A stretch of DNA of 64,000 bases from Lingula anatina (lineage: Eukaryota > Animalia > Brachiopoda): positions 14,942,001 to 15,006,000 of the forward strand of contig CM120645.1 of assembly GCA_051362555.1 (NCBI GenBank), given 5' to 3'. Positions 1 through 22,264 of the stretch are shown here, piece by piece. Every line of letters begins with the position of its first letter. Within the stretch, counting starts at the first letter, position 1. The notes under the pieces were generated by a model that saw only the letters and a program-made list of their open reading frames with translations, made no database searches and was not told the DNA's origin. A program made the translations under genes and the position numbers.

Positions 1-7204
<7,204 letters not shown>

Positions 7205-7791
7205 GTATTGTACTGTTATAATCACACCTGAATTGTAGCGCTTACTTATAGGCTGTCAAAATGTGTCTCTGTTTTGAAGATTTAATATATACACTCACTT
7301 ATTTCATTTTATTTTTAAATTGTTATGCTGTACATGTACAGTAAATGAGTTAACCTACTTGTAATCACGGTGCAAAATTTTTAACGACTTCAAAGTGCAT
7401 TTGTGTTTTTGCTTTGTTTAATATTGACTTGCTTGTGCGGTAATAACAATTTAGCTGAATATGAATATAAGTTACCTGATTATGACTGTGTAGAGATATT
7501 TTAAAGTCTTTTCACAAAAAAAAAGACAGAAAAGAAGTCCGCTTTCTGGTATTCTCCATGGTCTTAAAAGTAAAATATATTTACATTCATGTACTGTTCG
7601 TGATGCATTAAGTCACTTTGTTCAGCACAACTGTATGATCATCAATGTTTATTTGCAGTTTGGTCAATGTAAGTATATATATGTTTTTTATGTTGATATA
7701 ACTGTTGTGAGAAGTGGACCAGTTTTTGGTCTACTACTGGACGTGATTACATGTGATAAAATGTATTATAATTGTTTTCCTAGCTGGCAGT

Positions 7792-9442
7792 ATGAGTGAC
7801 CAAGGCAGTGATGAAGATGTTGAGCAGGGAGAGCAGATGATGGAAGAGGACGAGGATAGAGAAGAAGATGAGCAGGCATACACCCCTGCTATATCAGCTC
7901 TACCCCCTAAGGTGGTCCTGCAGGAAGAGAGCCAGATGGAGGTCTCGGCCAGTCCTGCCTTCGTCTGCTTAGATGAGGTAAGTTTTCATGGAATGCTTTA
8001 ACTCTGAATGGTCAGGAGAAAATGTAGCACAAATCCTCCCTTGAATTCTGTTCTGTTATCCCCACACTTTTGTGGCAATTGTCAGGGATCATTTGCTACG
8101 TTTGAATGTGATTGAATAGCTAAATCAATGAAGAACATACTACTGATAAAAACAGATAAATTATGAAATTATTGCCTGAGATAAAATATTTTGTGTTGTC
8201 TCTGTTTTAATTATTTGTACTAGTAATGGCTTTGCACAGCAACCAAGTAGCTGAGATAATAATGATAATAAAGTTGAGTGGTTACCATAGATTTATTTTC
8301 AACTTCAGTCTCAACAGACATCTTCTCCTTATAAGAATATTTCCAGAAATTTGAAGGTTAAAACAGGAGTTTCAGCATGCCATCAAAAATCTTTCAGCAC
8401 ACGAAAAAAATATTTTAAAATATGCAATAATGCATGTACTGTCTTTTCCAGTTATTATTCAGTCCATTCAAATACAGACAATTCTACTATTTTTTCTCAG
8501 TTTCATAAGTGCTTATGTAAGCATGTCTTTATTTACAATAAATAAAACCAGAAGCTTCAAACAAGTCAGAGCCATTGAAATCAGTTTTCAATTCAATAGC
8601 ATCAAGCACTGCATCTTTGCATACAGCTGTTTCAAAAATCTTGCAAACTGTGAAAACAAATGATGATAGGCATCCTTATGCAAGTTTAACAACATTTGAA
8701 CTTGGCTGGTCGTACTTTGATCTCTGTTTCCATCAGTGATCGGTACCCGTCTAGTGTTTGCCACATGATTCCATCTCGAGTGTAGGACTGATACTCTCCA
8801 TTTTGATGGCCTACATAATAAATCCCATTCAAGTTGGATGCCATGCAGTTGGCAAACCACCAGCCACCGTGATAGAGCTGCGCACAGTTGCGGCTTGAAC
8901 TGGCGTCATTGTCCAGGTCAAAGGTCGAGAAACGCTGGCCGTTGTGACGCAGGTAGTAGTGGCCATAGTGGAAGGAGTCACCAGCGGTGCCGGAGTAACG
9001 GCCAATTCTTAGGCGATAGCGGTCACTTTCATCACTCAGCTTGAACTGAACCAAATAAAAAAAACATGTTGAATCCACATACTCCTTAAATGTATTCAAA
9101 TTTTTTAATAGTAAAAGTAATAATCATACATTCGATATATCCTTCAACACAGGATATGAATAAGTCACCCTTGGTGCCTCCTGTTTTTCTTTTAAAACAA
9201 TAATCATTTAAAACAATAATCATCTTGGAATGAGCAAGTAAAATTAATTTTTGATCATGGAAAATTAATATCTCATCAGCACCTTCTTGTATTCAGCATA
9301 GGAGTACTTGTTGTCTTTGAACTGCCAGAGATCAAACCTAATCTTAGTGTTGCCATTCTTGTTGAGGAGGTACATCTTCTGCAGCCCCAGCCAGTGTTCT
9401 GAATCAGGGTCACCAAATCCATTCTGGAAAAATGTTATCCAT

Positions 9443-9493
<51 letters not shown>

Positions 9494-12400
9494 TTAATTC
9501 AATGGGAGAATTTTGAAAAGTCTTATTAGAAATTTGGTTTAAAATACTGATTGCTTATTATGTTGCATTTTATTACTGTTCATAATAAATGTTAACTTTA
9601 GCGGTCAATGTTGTTAATGTTATCATGAAAGGGCATGGTACTAAAAGCAATAAAAGGAAACTTGAACTAAAAACCTTTAGGGTATTTTTTCTCCTCCAAA
9701 ATTGAATAATAGAAATAGATTAAAGAAATTTTGAGAAAAATTCAGAGGGGAGGGGGGGTCAAAAACTTGAACACAACCCACATTGTACTCCCTCCACGTC
9801 TTCTGGAAGTTGACCAGTCCATCCTCCCTGCGTTGGACCACCGTCCACCCCCCTCCGTCCGTCTCCATGTCACAGTACGCCTTGAAGCTATCAGAGTCTG
9901 GGTCTGGCTGGATCTCGTACACCCCACTCTCGTTGATCCCACTACGACGCAGCCAAGCACAATCCTTGGCAGGACCTGGCAATGATAGATATATATATCA
10001 AATAAAGTGTACTTATTTATTTATTTATTTAATAAAATCATTCTTTTCATTTTTATTCATCTTTCATTTTTATTCATTTATTTTATTTGTATTTTATTTT
10101 TATTCTTATTTTTTCTTTTTCTTTTTTTCTTTTTTTTTTTTTTTTCATGGTTGCAAATTGAAAATATTCACATGCATTTTTAAATGTACCTTCCTATATT
10201 CAAAAATTGCCAGGTAGTATTTGGATTTTAGTAATTATCAATGAGTGGTATTTGGAAAAGAAAATTATATTTTTAGTTTTGTGAATTAGAAAAAAGTATA
10301 GATAATTAACAAAAACTGTTTACTAAATACAACTTTAATTATAATGAATATATCACAGATAACCTATAAATTCAGTTTCTAGTATCAGATTTACCTAGTG
10401 CCAGGTCCAGGTTATCCCCTTGTTGTGAACTGTCAGGGTTGGACACCCTCAGTTGACCTGGTCTTGCCACAGACTCTCCTGTCCGGCCACTGTTCAGGAC
10501 ATTCATCCTGGACATTCTCATCTCCACTTTCTGAAGGTCCTTCCTCAGACCATTTACCATGTTCTCTATCCTTTGGGAAAAAAGAAAAGATCTTTGAAAG
10601 TGTTCAACCGTGTATTTGCAACCTTATTTGCAGTGTTTGAAACTTGAAATATTTCTTCTTGACAGGTTAAATTCAGTTGCTCTTTTTGCCTTCATTTTCC
10701 AGTCATTTAAATCACATTCATTTTCCAATCATCTAGTATGCTAGGCAAATTAATCGATTTGTGTAATTCTATATTTTTTCACACAAGCAAAACCCATTGT
10801 TTTCTTTAAGCAGTGCCTGGGCTTAAAAAGGAAAATGATGTTATGCAGAACTCTAATACTTCAATAAAAATAATGAAATGCAACATGCTTTAAAGAACAA
10901 AAATCAGCAATAGAACCATTCTTACTGTGTTTGGTTTTGTGACAGTTTCACCCTCATGTGTTTCATGTCATTCTTAAGCTGTCCAAACTGGTGCAGCAGG
11001 TGCTGTCCATCCTTGGTCACCTGCTCGGACAGGGTGGACGCGCGCTTGATTTGTGACCGTAGCTCAGCAAACTCTTGGTGAAGGCCGTTGTTTTGCAGGG
11101 AAGAGTTCTGAAATATAGTTCAGTCTTGTTAATTATGATAATAATTATTTCTATTATTATTATTATTATTGTTATTGTTGTTGTTAAAATGCCCAACCAA
11201 TTACTAGTAAGGGAATTGACAAAATTAGGTTGAAATAAAAATGGCAGGGGAGGGGGAGGGGCTGTCCAATTTCCTTCCAGTTTGAATACAGTAAAAAAGA
11301 AAGTAAAATGTAAAGTCTTTCTTCATTAATGTAAAGCAAAGTGTGTAGAAAGTTCACCCTGAGTTACAGACACTGGAAAAAAAAACCCCACACAACATGC
11401 TTGTGCTGTTTCAGTTTCCGGTCGTCTCTGAAACTCGGGGTTGAAAACTGAGTGAAATTGATAGAAGAGATTCTGTTTCTGTATAAATGACCAGCCTTCT
11501 GGCATACATGCCTGTGCTCCATTACAGCCAGCCAGTATAGACCATACCCTCCAAGCTCTTGTCTGCTATTAGATTATAGGATTTGTTTACTTTCCAGAGT
11601 GGAGAATATCACGACAAGATTAAATACATCTTTCACATTTAGGCTGCTGTGCTTTGTAATTTTCAACAGTAGATTTTTTTTTCTTTCTTTGGATAAAAGA
11701 ATTAAAGATTGAGTGATTGGTATTATGTATGGTTTGTGGGGGTTTTCCTCTTGGATCTACGAACTTTAGATTGGATAGGTATGGGTGGTTTTATAAAGTG
11801 TTGGATTTTTTTTTTTAAAGGTAAGTAGAGAAAGACCACCAGTAAGTTAGACTGGCAAAATGTCAACAGGCATGTTAGCCAGAATTTTTTTCATTCTTTT
11901 ATTTTATTTTTGATTAGTAAGTGAAAATTATCAGTTCAGTTTCTATATAACATTGAACAACAAACATATTGAAGTTGCCAAATTATTATGCTGTCTTCAA
12001 AATTATCAAAGCTGGAAAGTACCAGTAAGAACTACGTGATTTTGGTTACAGAAAAAGCCCATTACAAAAAAAAAAAAAAAAACTTTACCTGTGTGAGAGC
12101 TTTGATGGCTTGGTTGAGACTTTCAAGTTGATTTGTGAGTGACCTTCCAAAGGGAGAATCTGCCTGCAGATTGTTATTCATCCCAAACAAGTTTTGCCCT
12201 GGCCATCCAACGCTGTGCAGAGTCAAGCTGAATGTATATGTGCATGTGCCATTGGCATGACACAGAGAATTGTACTCGTGTTTTGCGCTGTGGTTTCCAA
12301 TCTTTGGTGTCAAGGTACCCTTGCTCCCCGTAGCTTTCTCATGCACTCCCCTTTTGTCTATCGTGTGAACAGGTTCCAATCTGGCTGATGAAATCAGTCC

Positions 12401-15400
12401 AATGATGACAAATATTGACAATCCAAGGCCAGAATTTTGCCATTCCATTTTGTTCTTGTTGTGTCACAAGCTACCTCCCAATTCTCTTGAGTAATGCTGT
12501 TTCTTGTTCAAGGTCAAACTCTTGAACTTGTTTAATCAGGCAATGGCAATTCTCTGATGCTTTTCCTCTCCACTGATTCTGTAAAAGTGAAAAAATGTTG
12601 TTTGTCTATAAAGTTAGTAGCTAATTTGGTTCTGCATGGAAAGTTGGATTGGAAGTCCTTATAAGTTTATCCTCTGGAAGAGAATGGCAGAGGTTTGGAA
12701 TTTCGTGTAGTTTTCAGATAAAGGGAACTTATGGGAACTTATGGGAACTTGTTTCCACCGTAATCCAGGTGTGCGATTGGTTTCCACCAATCGAATTACT
12801 CAACTCTGGAAAATTAAGAACAGCTCCTTTTCAAATTGCATGTTTTCGTAGACGTACTTGGAAAAAATTACAGTTGCCTTGTCTGCAGGTGGTTGCATGA
12901 GTTTGTTTAGTTTTAACCTGACTACACTTCTGATAGATTTGTTGGTTGTTTGAATTTAGTTTCTTTAATTCTATTTCCTCCCAAAATGCTTGTTGTTTTA
13001 GCAACAATTGTCCTCTATTGTGACAGAAGCAAATCCTGTGTTTCAGAATTATGGGAAATGCACCACACATGGTCATACAAGTTTCTTCACAAATAGATAC
13101 TGAAGTCTTTCAATTTAACTTTCTTTGAACTTCCAATTTAAAACCATGTGTCCATATTTGTTCTATGGGAAATATATTATGCCCATATTAGAACTGTTTT
13201 ACTTCAATTACTGGACTGTTGTTGAATTGAAAGAAATCTCACAAAAAGGCTAAAACTGTGATAACATGCCTGAAATGCACATTCAGTAAGCAAACAATTC
13301 AGAAAGAAATTATCCTAAAAATGTGGGATCCACCTACAAAAATGATGAAGTCTCATCATCTTCAACAGATTTACTAGCTGGATTACATGAACAAAGAAAA
13401 CAAATGATAATTTTATATTTCACTCTAACCTGTGGTCATATCCAAAAATGTGACTACCATGATTATCTCTCCTAATGGTTACTAGAAATTAGCCAAATGC
13501 ACTTACACCAAAATATAGAATAATTATAGAATTGCAACCAGAAGATTGAAGTTTCGCGTTTAGAACACAAAAACACTGACATGGTTAACAGTTTCTTCAC
13601 TTACCTGTACACATAATCCAATTACATGTACATTGTATTGATAAAGCCTTCCCACTGGAATTATTTTCAAGACTCTTTAACTTTCTCTCCTGTTTCTGAC
13701 TGTGTTCCCAGCAGTTGGCATGGGTCTACAGAGAACTGAGCCAAATTTTACCAGCTCTGTACTTTGTCTGCTGTCTCTCAGAATCTGAAAGAAAACAGCT
13801 TTGCACAAGATAGATCATTTTAAGATAACGGAGGGGGCATCTCAAAGTATTGAAACAAAAAGTAATTAGTACATGGGATTTTTGTATTTTTGATGAAAGC
13901 ATATGTGAATTTTAAGTTTGTGGGGTAATTATTTTCATCGTTCCAGCTGTTTAGACACAAGAAAGTTGTTTACTCCAGGGCATGTACTTATACTGTACGT
14001 TTGTTACATCTAAGATCTGACATAATCTTATGTCAGATATTAAGTAAAATGTTATGTTTTTCATCGAAAATGCAGTCACCTTTATTGTCTTGATTTTACA
14101 AAAGGGGTAAATTATTTTACAATAATGATTAATGATTATTTATATTTATTTGTATATTGCAGTTGTTCCATGCTGGCAAACTAACAGGAACTCGAGTGGC
14201 AGTTTTAAAAGCCAAGTACACAGAGCTCCATGATTTTCTAAAAAAGTAAGTATTGCAGTGGACAGAACTGTTTCATTTTGACATCACATATTTTGAAATC
14301 AGCTGATCAGGATTAAATTATCTACTTAAACAAATATTCAAAAAAAAAGCAGTTGAAAAAAAGCAACAATGTGGGAGGTTGAGATTGCTTTAAGCAAATG
14401 CCTCAAGAGTCAATTTCATATCTACATGTACATTGTTTATAGGAAATAATTATAATAACCACACTTATCATAAAAGTGATAGTGATAAGAACTTTTTTAA
14501 GCATTCAACTACTGTTATGGTACATATAAGATTCCCATTAATGAGTAGAACTTTTTATTGGTGACAGGTAGTTTGCAGTTTGAATATACTAATAGTAGTG
14601 CAAATGAACTATACATTGTCATTTCTCTTATAGAACAAGAGACAGTGAGACAAAGCTTTTGCAGCAGGCCAAGGACTTCACCATGCAGCTAGAGGGACAG
14701 AAAGTAGAGCTGGAGAAGGCAGACAATTTCCCAGAGAGTTACAACACAGAGGTCTCCCAGATGAGGGCCAAGCTACTCAAGTATAATAACGAGCTGGCTC
14801 AGGCTGAAGATAGGGACTACCAGTTGGCTTATAAACTTGAGAAGTATGTGTATTTGTTGTTAAAAAAGAAAAGAAAAATTATGAGAAGCATTGAAAGTAT
14901 CATGGGAGCATGAAGTGAAGTCATTTTTCTCAGAGTTGTCCAGTGGATTGTTTCATTAAAATGGGCCTTCCTCATTTTTGATATGTGCTAAACTAGATGG
15001 AATTTATTGTTGAATGAAAGATGAAATTTTAAAAAATATTGTCAAGTACTGAATTATCAGTTAAAGATATAAAAATTAGAAAAAAAAGGAAGTTTGAAAT
15101 TTGAATGAGGAAAATAAGTTGAACTGGGGAAGCTGATTTTTCAAATGGTCCCTTACTATTCTGTGGTTCTCACAACAGAATTACGTTAAAAATACTCTCC
15201 CTTATCAATACTTACATGTGGTTCTTTTCATGACATGAGATTGAGAATACAGTTGAGAGATGCAATATTACATTTTGGATGATGTAGTTGGTTTTGTTAT
15301 TTTTTGTGTGATTTTTTAAAAGTATCTATGATGCCTGCTTCAGAAGGGCCTTATTATAATTATCATGTTATTGTTTTGTTATTTATTTATTTATTAATTT

Positions 15401-18400
15401 TTGTTGTTGTTGTTGTTGTTCAAAAAGGAAATGCTTTTGTATGAAAATACCCACTGATATTTGGGTCAAAAAGTAAAAGTTATACTGGTCAGTGCCCAGT
15501 GGTGGACAAAACCAAAAAAGGCCACTTGAACTCAGCAGTTCTGTCTCCCACCAACAGGCGTGGCTTGTTTTGAGACAAGACTCTTCCCTCTCAAATGTGC
15601 CTCTCAGTTTCAGTTTAATGATTTGTTTGTTGTTCCAGCCTGGAGGAGGAAAAGAAAATACTACAGAGAGAGTATGAGAGGCTCCCTAAACAAGAGGTAA
15701 AATTATTATAGTCTTTAACATTTTTGGTTTCATTTTATTTGGATTTTATTTTTTATTAATTTATTTATTTATTTATTTATTCATTCATTTATTTATTTAT
15801 TAATTTTCAAGCAGAACTGAGGATTATTTGTTACGTTTTCATCAGTTGTTATCTCGATTCTGTTCTCTGGCAATGTTTATTTGGAAACTTTTGTAAGATG
15901 TACATTATTGTCTTGAAGTTTCGAAATTATCTTGGCTCTGAAGGTAGCTTTTAATATTTTTGCCAAGTGATGATACTTTGGAAAAAAGAATTAAGCAACA
16001 TTTAAATTAATCTTTTATTTCAAATCTTGAACTGACTAGGAAAAAAGATTTTCTTGACATGTTATACTTTGCCAAAGACGAAAATTGAATAATATTATAT
16101 TTTATTAATATTTTTCAATTCATTAAGTGACTTGAATGTTTTATATATCTACCAGTAATTGTCTGCTTCAGTAATAAATGTTGGATCCAAGTCTTTCTCC
16201 ATTGAGGCAACATCTGCTTCATAAACCTTAGAGAATGTTTCATATTAACAATATTTGATAGGCAAGCATAATATGAGATTCTGAAGTATAATTTTGCATT
16301 TTCACAAATTTTTCAAAATTTTCACAGGAAATTGAAAAGAAAATCAAAGAACTCCAAAATGCTGCTGATGAACTAAGAAAGGAGATCGCTCAGAGGCAAA
16401 TTGAGGCTAAAAACTTGCGAGAGGACCTGGAAACGAGGAAACGCCAGTACCAAGTAGATTATAAGGACTTTGAAGCGGAGGTCTTCAAGATGGAAACACT
16501 TAAAGTGAGTATGAACAGAAGATTGCATTAGGGAATGATTTTTGACGTAAAATCTACTGTGCCGTCACAAGTTTTTTGAATGTTAATTCTTTGGAACCAA
16601 GGTCCTAATCTGTCCACTTAACAGATATCTACTTGAATTTTTTCCTGTTAGATAATGAAAAGGAAAAAAGAGAATTTGAATTAGCTAGCGATGGAAATCG
16701 TGCCGGAAATTATTTTCAAATCTTTTACATTTCTACCCCCCTTTCCTTTCTGTTTGTCCCCACCCCAAGCACATATTTAAATATTTTTAAAGATTCAACT
16801 TTAAAAAATGAATTTACAATGTAATTTGGTATGGCTCATAAATGGAAAACGCCTGACTAACACATATAGTATGCATAAATACGTCAAGACCAGAAATAAC
16901 TCCTGGAAAAAAAGGCAAGACTTTTCAGCTGGATTGTGTAATTGAATGTGTTTTTTATCATTAGGCAGTGCTAGGAATGGACAGAGTTACCTGATATAAA
17001 CCACTCCAGGAGCTATTATCTCATTTATTCCTGACATTTAGCCTTGTTATGCGGGAAAACACTGCTGTATTTTACTTGGCCCTAGTCAGGATTGTGTTGT
17101 CTTTGAGGTGAAGAATTAATACCAGGATAATAGAACTTGAGTAGATCTGAGTTTAAAAAAAAAGGGACATTCTATGTGTGGTCTGTACTCTTAGACTTGA
17201 CCAGCAGTGGTTCTGTGGTTAATTATAAAGGCTTGACCACTCAGACATACAGTGGTCAGTTTATCTGGTTTTGTTATGGACTCGTCTGGACACTAATTTG
17301 ATAGGTTTGTTTGAAATCAATAAAAGCAGTGTTACAGGAGGAAAAAAGTTAACTCCTGCACAGAACACTGGCAACTACAGCATGAAACCCCCGCACCCCA
17401 AAAAACAAAACAAAAAATATTTAGACTATTTTTTTTTGTAGGAATATGCAATGATACATGCACACATGCAAATTCACCATATGTACACACACACACACAC
17501 ACATTTAGATATCTTATCAACATATGTTCTTGTTCTATATTCTTTATATAGTATTCATTCTACTTATATACTCTTTTATTTACATTTAGGAGCAGTTGAT
17601 AACAGGAGTAAGTGGCATGACTTGATAGGGCATGAACCGTGTGATTTTTTAAGTTCAGCTTTTTTTATTAAATATACAATTTTTGTTTCACGTCTTTGTT
17701 TGAAGGAAGAAATTTGTATCATTTCAGTTTACGGTTGTTTATTTGAATCTGTGGTTATTTTCTAGGAGATAAAAATTGAGAATATAGGATGTCAAACATT
17801 TTCATACATGTGCTGTTTTGCATGTTAACTATAGAAATGAGGTTGTGTTTTGTCGTGTTTAAAGCAGTGAAGATCAGAATATTGCCCAGTCTGTTTTATG
17901 AATCATTTTTTTTTTCAATATATAAAACTGTTCATTTATTCGTGTTATTTTGGAATAAAGTGCCGCTATAGATGTGGATTAGATATTTTGTTTGAATATT
18001 TCATTTATGTTTGGATTGTTTATTTTTTGTTCTATTATTTTAGCATGCAGTGATACCCAAGGCAATGTGTGTATTATATCGATTACAATTTTTTCATGAT
18101 GACATTTAGAGATAGAGTTTATTTTAGGTATAATTCTATTTTTTAGGGTGATCTTGTGGCTGTCAATTCCTTGCCAAGTCAGATTGGAAAAGAAGCAGAC
18201 AAGAAACAAAGGAAAAAAGAGTGAGTGTAATTCATAATCTTTTCAAAACTCTGGGATTGCTTCATACCTCATCTATATTGCATGAAGTATTTCCAAATTC
18301 TGATATGATAGAAAAATTTTGTCATTTCCTGTTCTTGGTACGGTCCTAACAAATGGAAAATTGCTAGGATTTTTAATACCAAGATCAATTTAAAACACCC

Positions 18401-20760
18401 TGGTATTACCCAACTTTGCCTATACTACTTGCAGTGCTAGGAGACTGGGTCAACTCAACCAGGCACTCTTATGTATATATAAACCAAAAAAATCCATTCA
18501 TTTATTAATACCAGACAGAAAGAAAATGGACAAGCAAAGGGGGATATTAAAACCAAATGCACAGTAACTAGGTCCTCGCCCTGGTATTAACTGAATACCA
18601 CCATGTCTTAGTTAAGTCTTCTTTCCCTGCTGATATGAAAACAGCCATGGCATTCCTTGGAGCTGGTTATTGGGGGGATGGTTGTCATTTGGCGGGTTGT
18701 TTTATCTGTTTAGCACAGTGGTATGATTGAGGGCACAAAACTATGAGTGAAGAATCGATATTATATAGAGTGATTACAGGCCCGTAGCCAGCAATTTCAG
18801 AGGGGGGAGGGGTCGTTTTCTGAAAAAGTGGACCTTTCACCATAAAATCCTCAAGAACATAGAGCGCATTCTCAACGAATTAAGCCAGGCTTTACAAAGC
18901 CGGTGACCTAAAAATGGCGGACGTACATGAAAGAAAAACCGCCTAATCTTTTAATAGTCTCTCCGCCTCTCACACGCCTCCCCACACGTCGTCCCTGCGG
19001 GGTACAGTAATTAAATCTCGGCTCCGAACATTAATATTTCCGTGAATATCTCTGGTGATATTATCTCCGTAGATAGTCGATTCATTGCTGCTCTACGGGC
19101 CAAATTATTCCTTTTTCGTCTCTGTTTTCAAAGATAATAGAACAGAAGAGCTTTTTTCCTTCGATGCTTTCTTCACCACGAGTTTAACTGATGAGCATGC
19201 GCACTTAATATTTCTCAGGTAGCTTCCGCATGGCGAACGGAGACGCGATTTAATTACTGTACCCCGCAGGGACGACGTGTGGGGAGGCGGAGAGACTATT
19301 AAAAGGTTAGGCGGTTTTTCTTTCATGTACGTCCGCCATTTTTAGGTCACCGGCTTTGTAAAGCCTGGCTTAATTCGTTGAGAATGCGCTCATAGATCAA
19401 ATTTTACCCAGAGTGGACCTTTTCCCAGCATAAAGGGTGGTTCTTTCAAACCCCCCCTCCCCCCCTCCCCCGGTTACGGGCCTGGATTACTTGCAATTTT
19501 TCTTCATGGGTAATGAAACTTTAGTTTTATGTTGTTCTCGTAAAGAAGTACGTAATTGGAAAAATTATATGTGACAGTTACTCCAGAAATCAATTTAAGC
19601 AGTTGTAGTACATTTTATTTCATTTTAGTTTTGGCATTTTGAGATCGGAAACCTTATGCATCTTGTTAAATAGAAAAAAATGCCCCAAAAGCTTAAAGAA
19701 AAAATAGTTTTTAAAGGTGCTACAAGAAAGTGAGCACTAGAGGTACAGTACACTTAATATTTCCCAGAGTTTTGACTACTGCAGGCAGCCCAACCCAACA
19801 CCCTAAATTTAATACCACGGAAAATGTCAACTTGTGTTTTCTGATATTAAATAAACAGTGAAGCACTGTTCATGTGATAACATTAAGCCAAAACACGGTG
19901 AGGAGCTGGCTCTTGGGAAGGGGGATATTACTGACCTCAGGGTTTTGGATAAATTACAATTAAATCCAGGTAATTATTGGCAAATACCTTAATTTTTTTT
20001 GCTTAAGGCTCTGTCTGCTGCAGAAGGATTTCAGTACAGACGGTCTAAGTACCCAAGATCTATTAGTTTCAGATGTGCTGTATTTATAGCTGGCTGGAAA
20101 AAATAAACCAGGTTTCTGAGAATAAAAATTTGAATAACCTGCCTTTATTGCAAATATATGTACATTAAGGCATAATCAATTAAGAAGTTGATGGATATTA
20201 AGGTTGATCCAATTTTATATTGCATGAAATATTTTCAAGTTTTGTTAAGATAATCGGTCATCACATGTTATATGTGGTTATCATTATTTAAACGTTTGTG
20301 TTTAATGATAATGTGCAGCTTTATGCCTGTTTCTTACTTGAGAAGGGGTGCATTTAATTTGGTTAATTAGTGAAAAACACAAAGAAATAATAAACATAAA
20401 CTAAAATTATAACCTGAGTAATTAGATACAACCTGGGAATCATTGTATACATGCAGTATAGGTTTAAAATAACCTACTGGAATTTACTGTAGATTTGTCT
20501 GATTATTTTTTTTTTTCAAACACATTTACACTGTGTACTTTAAAATTTGTTGTATGAAAACTTTCAGTCCAAACTTACGGAATTTTGTCAGAAGTTTTAC
20601 TTCATTAAATCATAATAATTTAGCAAAGCCATTTATCTATCAAAATTAGTGATTTCAAGAAGTTTCAACAGAACTCCTTGGTGATTTAAACAAATTATGT
20701 GTTTTAGTTTTTGCATTTTGTGTGTATGTACATGCATATGTTCAATTCAGTGTGTCTGTT

Positions 20761-20795
<35 letters not shown>

Positions 20796-21963
20796 TTATA
20801 TTTTATTTACAGTGAACTAGACAAGCAAAAGAAGGAACTGGACAGTGAGTACAAGGAACTACTGGCAGCTACACAGCAACTGGAGATGAAACGACAAAAA
20901 CTCGAAGACGAGAAATTTGACATGGACACGCAGCTAGACAAGGAGCGGGCCATGCTGGAGGACAAACAACGCGAGTACGACCAGCTCCACAAGGAGTGTG
21001 ACTATGCCAAGAACAGGATACAGGTCCTGATGGAGGATAGGTGAGTGTTAGGGTCGTAGATTCTCCCATATTAAGGGCAAGTGTGTTAGAGAAGACTACA
21101 CATCAGTTGGAAATGTTGTGAGCCACAAGAAACAAATTTAAACGTTTTACTATGATATTCTACAACAGTAAGAGAAACCACATTTTCTTCATAACCTGCC
21201 ACTTGTGCAGGCAATATCTATCTATTAGTTGCAAAAGTTGGAATTTATGCACATAGATAAAATTTTAAAGCTAGTTTAAATATTTTTCTTTTTGTGTTTC
21301 AATATTCCTTTTAACCTACATGTATTCATTTCATAAATAAATTCTTATGTAGTGAAGCAGTAGCTAAGCACCCTGTCTAACTTCCTTTTGTGACATCACA
21401 AATGCTTTTTATTGTTGGAACAATGAAATTGTGATGTCACAATGATGTCACAGTGAAACTTCAGTGACATCACACATTGTAACCATAGAAATATTAGTTT
21501 CTCATTAAAGCTGTGGAATTGATGGAACAGAAATTAACAGTAATTGTGAAAAAAATTCTAGTGACAGGTTATAAGCGAATTAACAATGAAAATAAATAAA
21601 AAAGATGATAATAATGATACTAATTATAACAACAGATGTATGTATTTATAAATCAGCAGCACTTGATCAGCTAGAATTTAATTTCATAAGCAAAATTTGA
21701 AAAAATGATTTTAAAATATTTCAAATCTATTATTTATTTATTTATTTATTTATTTTTCTTATCCACAGTGCTCAGCTGGACTTCAGCCTGCGTCACTCTA
21801 ACTTGGAAAAGAAGAGTCAACACGAGGTGGTGTCTAAGAAACAGCGTGACAAGGACAAGGAGCTAAGGAACCTGAAGAAGGCAGAACTCCAGTTCAAGGT
21901 GGCAGAAGACGCTCTTAGTCATACCAAAGCTGTGCATGAGAAGGCAAAGGGATCTGTAAGTTT

Positions 21964-22006
<43 letters not shown>

Positions 22007-22229
22007 TTACCATATTGATTTTTTTTTTGGAAGTTGATGTTTTTCAATTAAGAGGGCCCCTGTTTTATGTTGGGGGGGGGGGGGGGCACTAAGGATATTC
22101 TAAGAAACAGCGTGACAAGGACAAGGAGCTAAGGAACCTGAAGAAGGCAGAACTCCAGTTCAAGGTGGCAGAAGACGCTCTTAGTCATACCAAAGCTGTG
22201 CATGAGAAGGCAAAGGGATCTGTAAGTTT

Positions 22230-22264
<35 letters not shown>

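Noticed and set aside
8686-8700. C-terminal CC of the FReD protein as a prenylation signal
   Set aside because: The protein has a signal peptide and should be secreted, so disulfide use is more plausible. Not testable from sequence.
19105-19326. 73-aa ORF
   Set aside because: It lies in a MITE arm and has no transposase motifs.
21380-21480. Cluster of TGTGACATCAC/GTGATGTCAC inverted motifs
   Set aside because: Probably a decayed transposon remnant. I could not define termini or a TSD.
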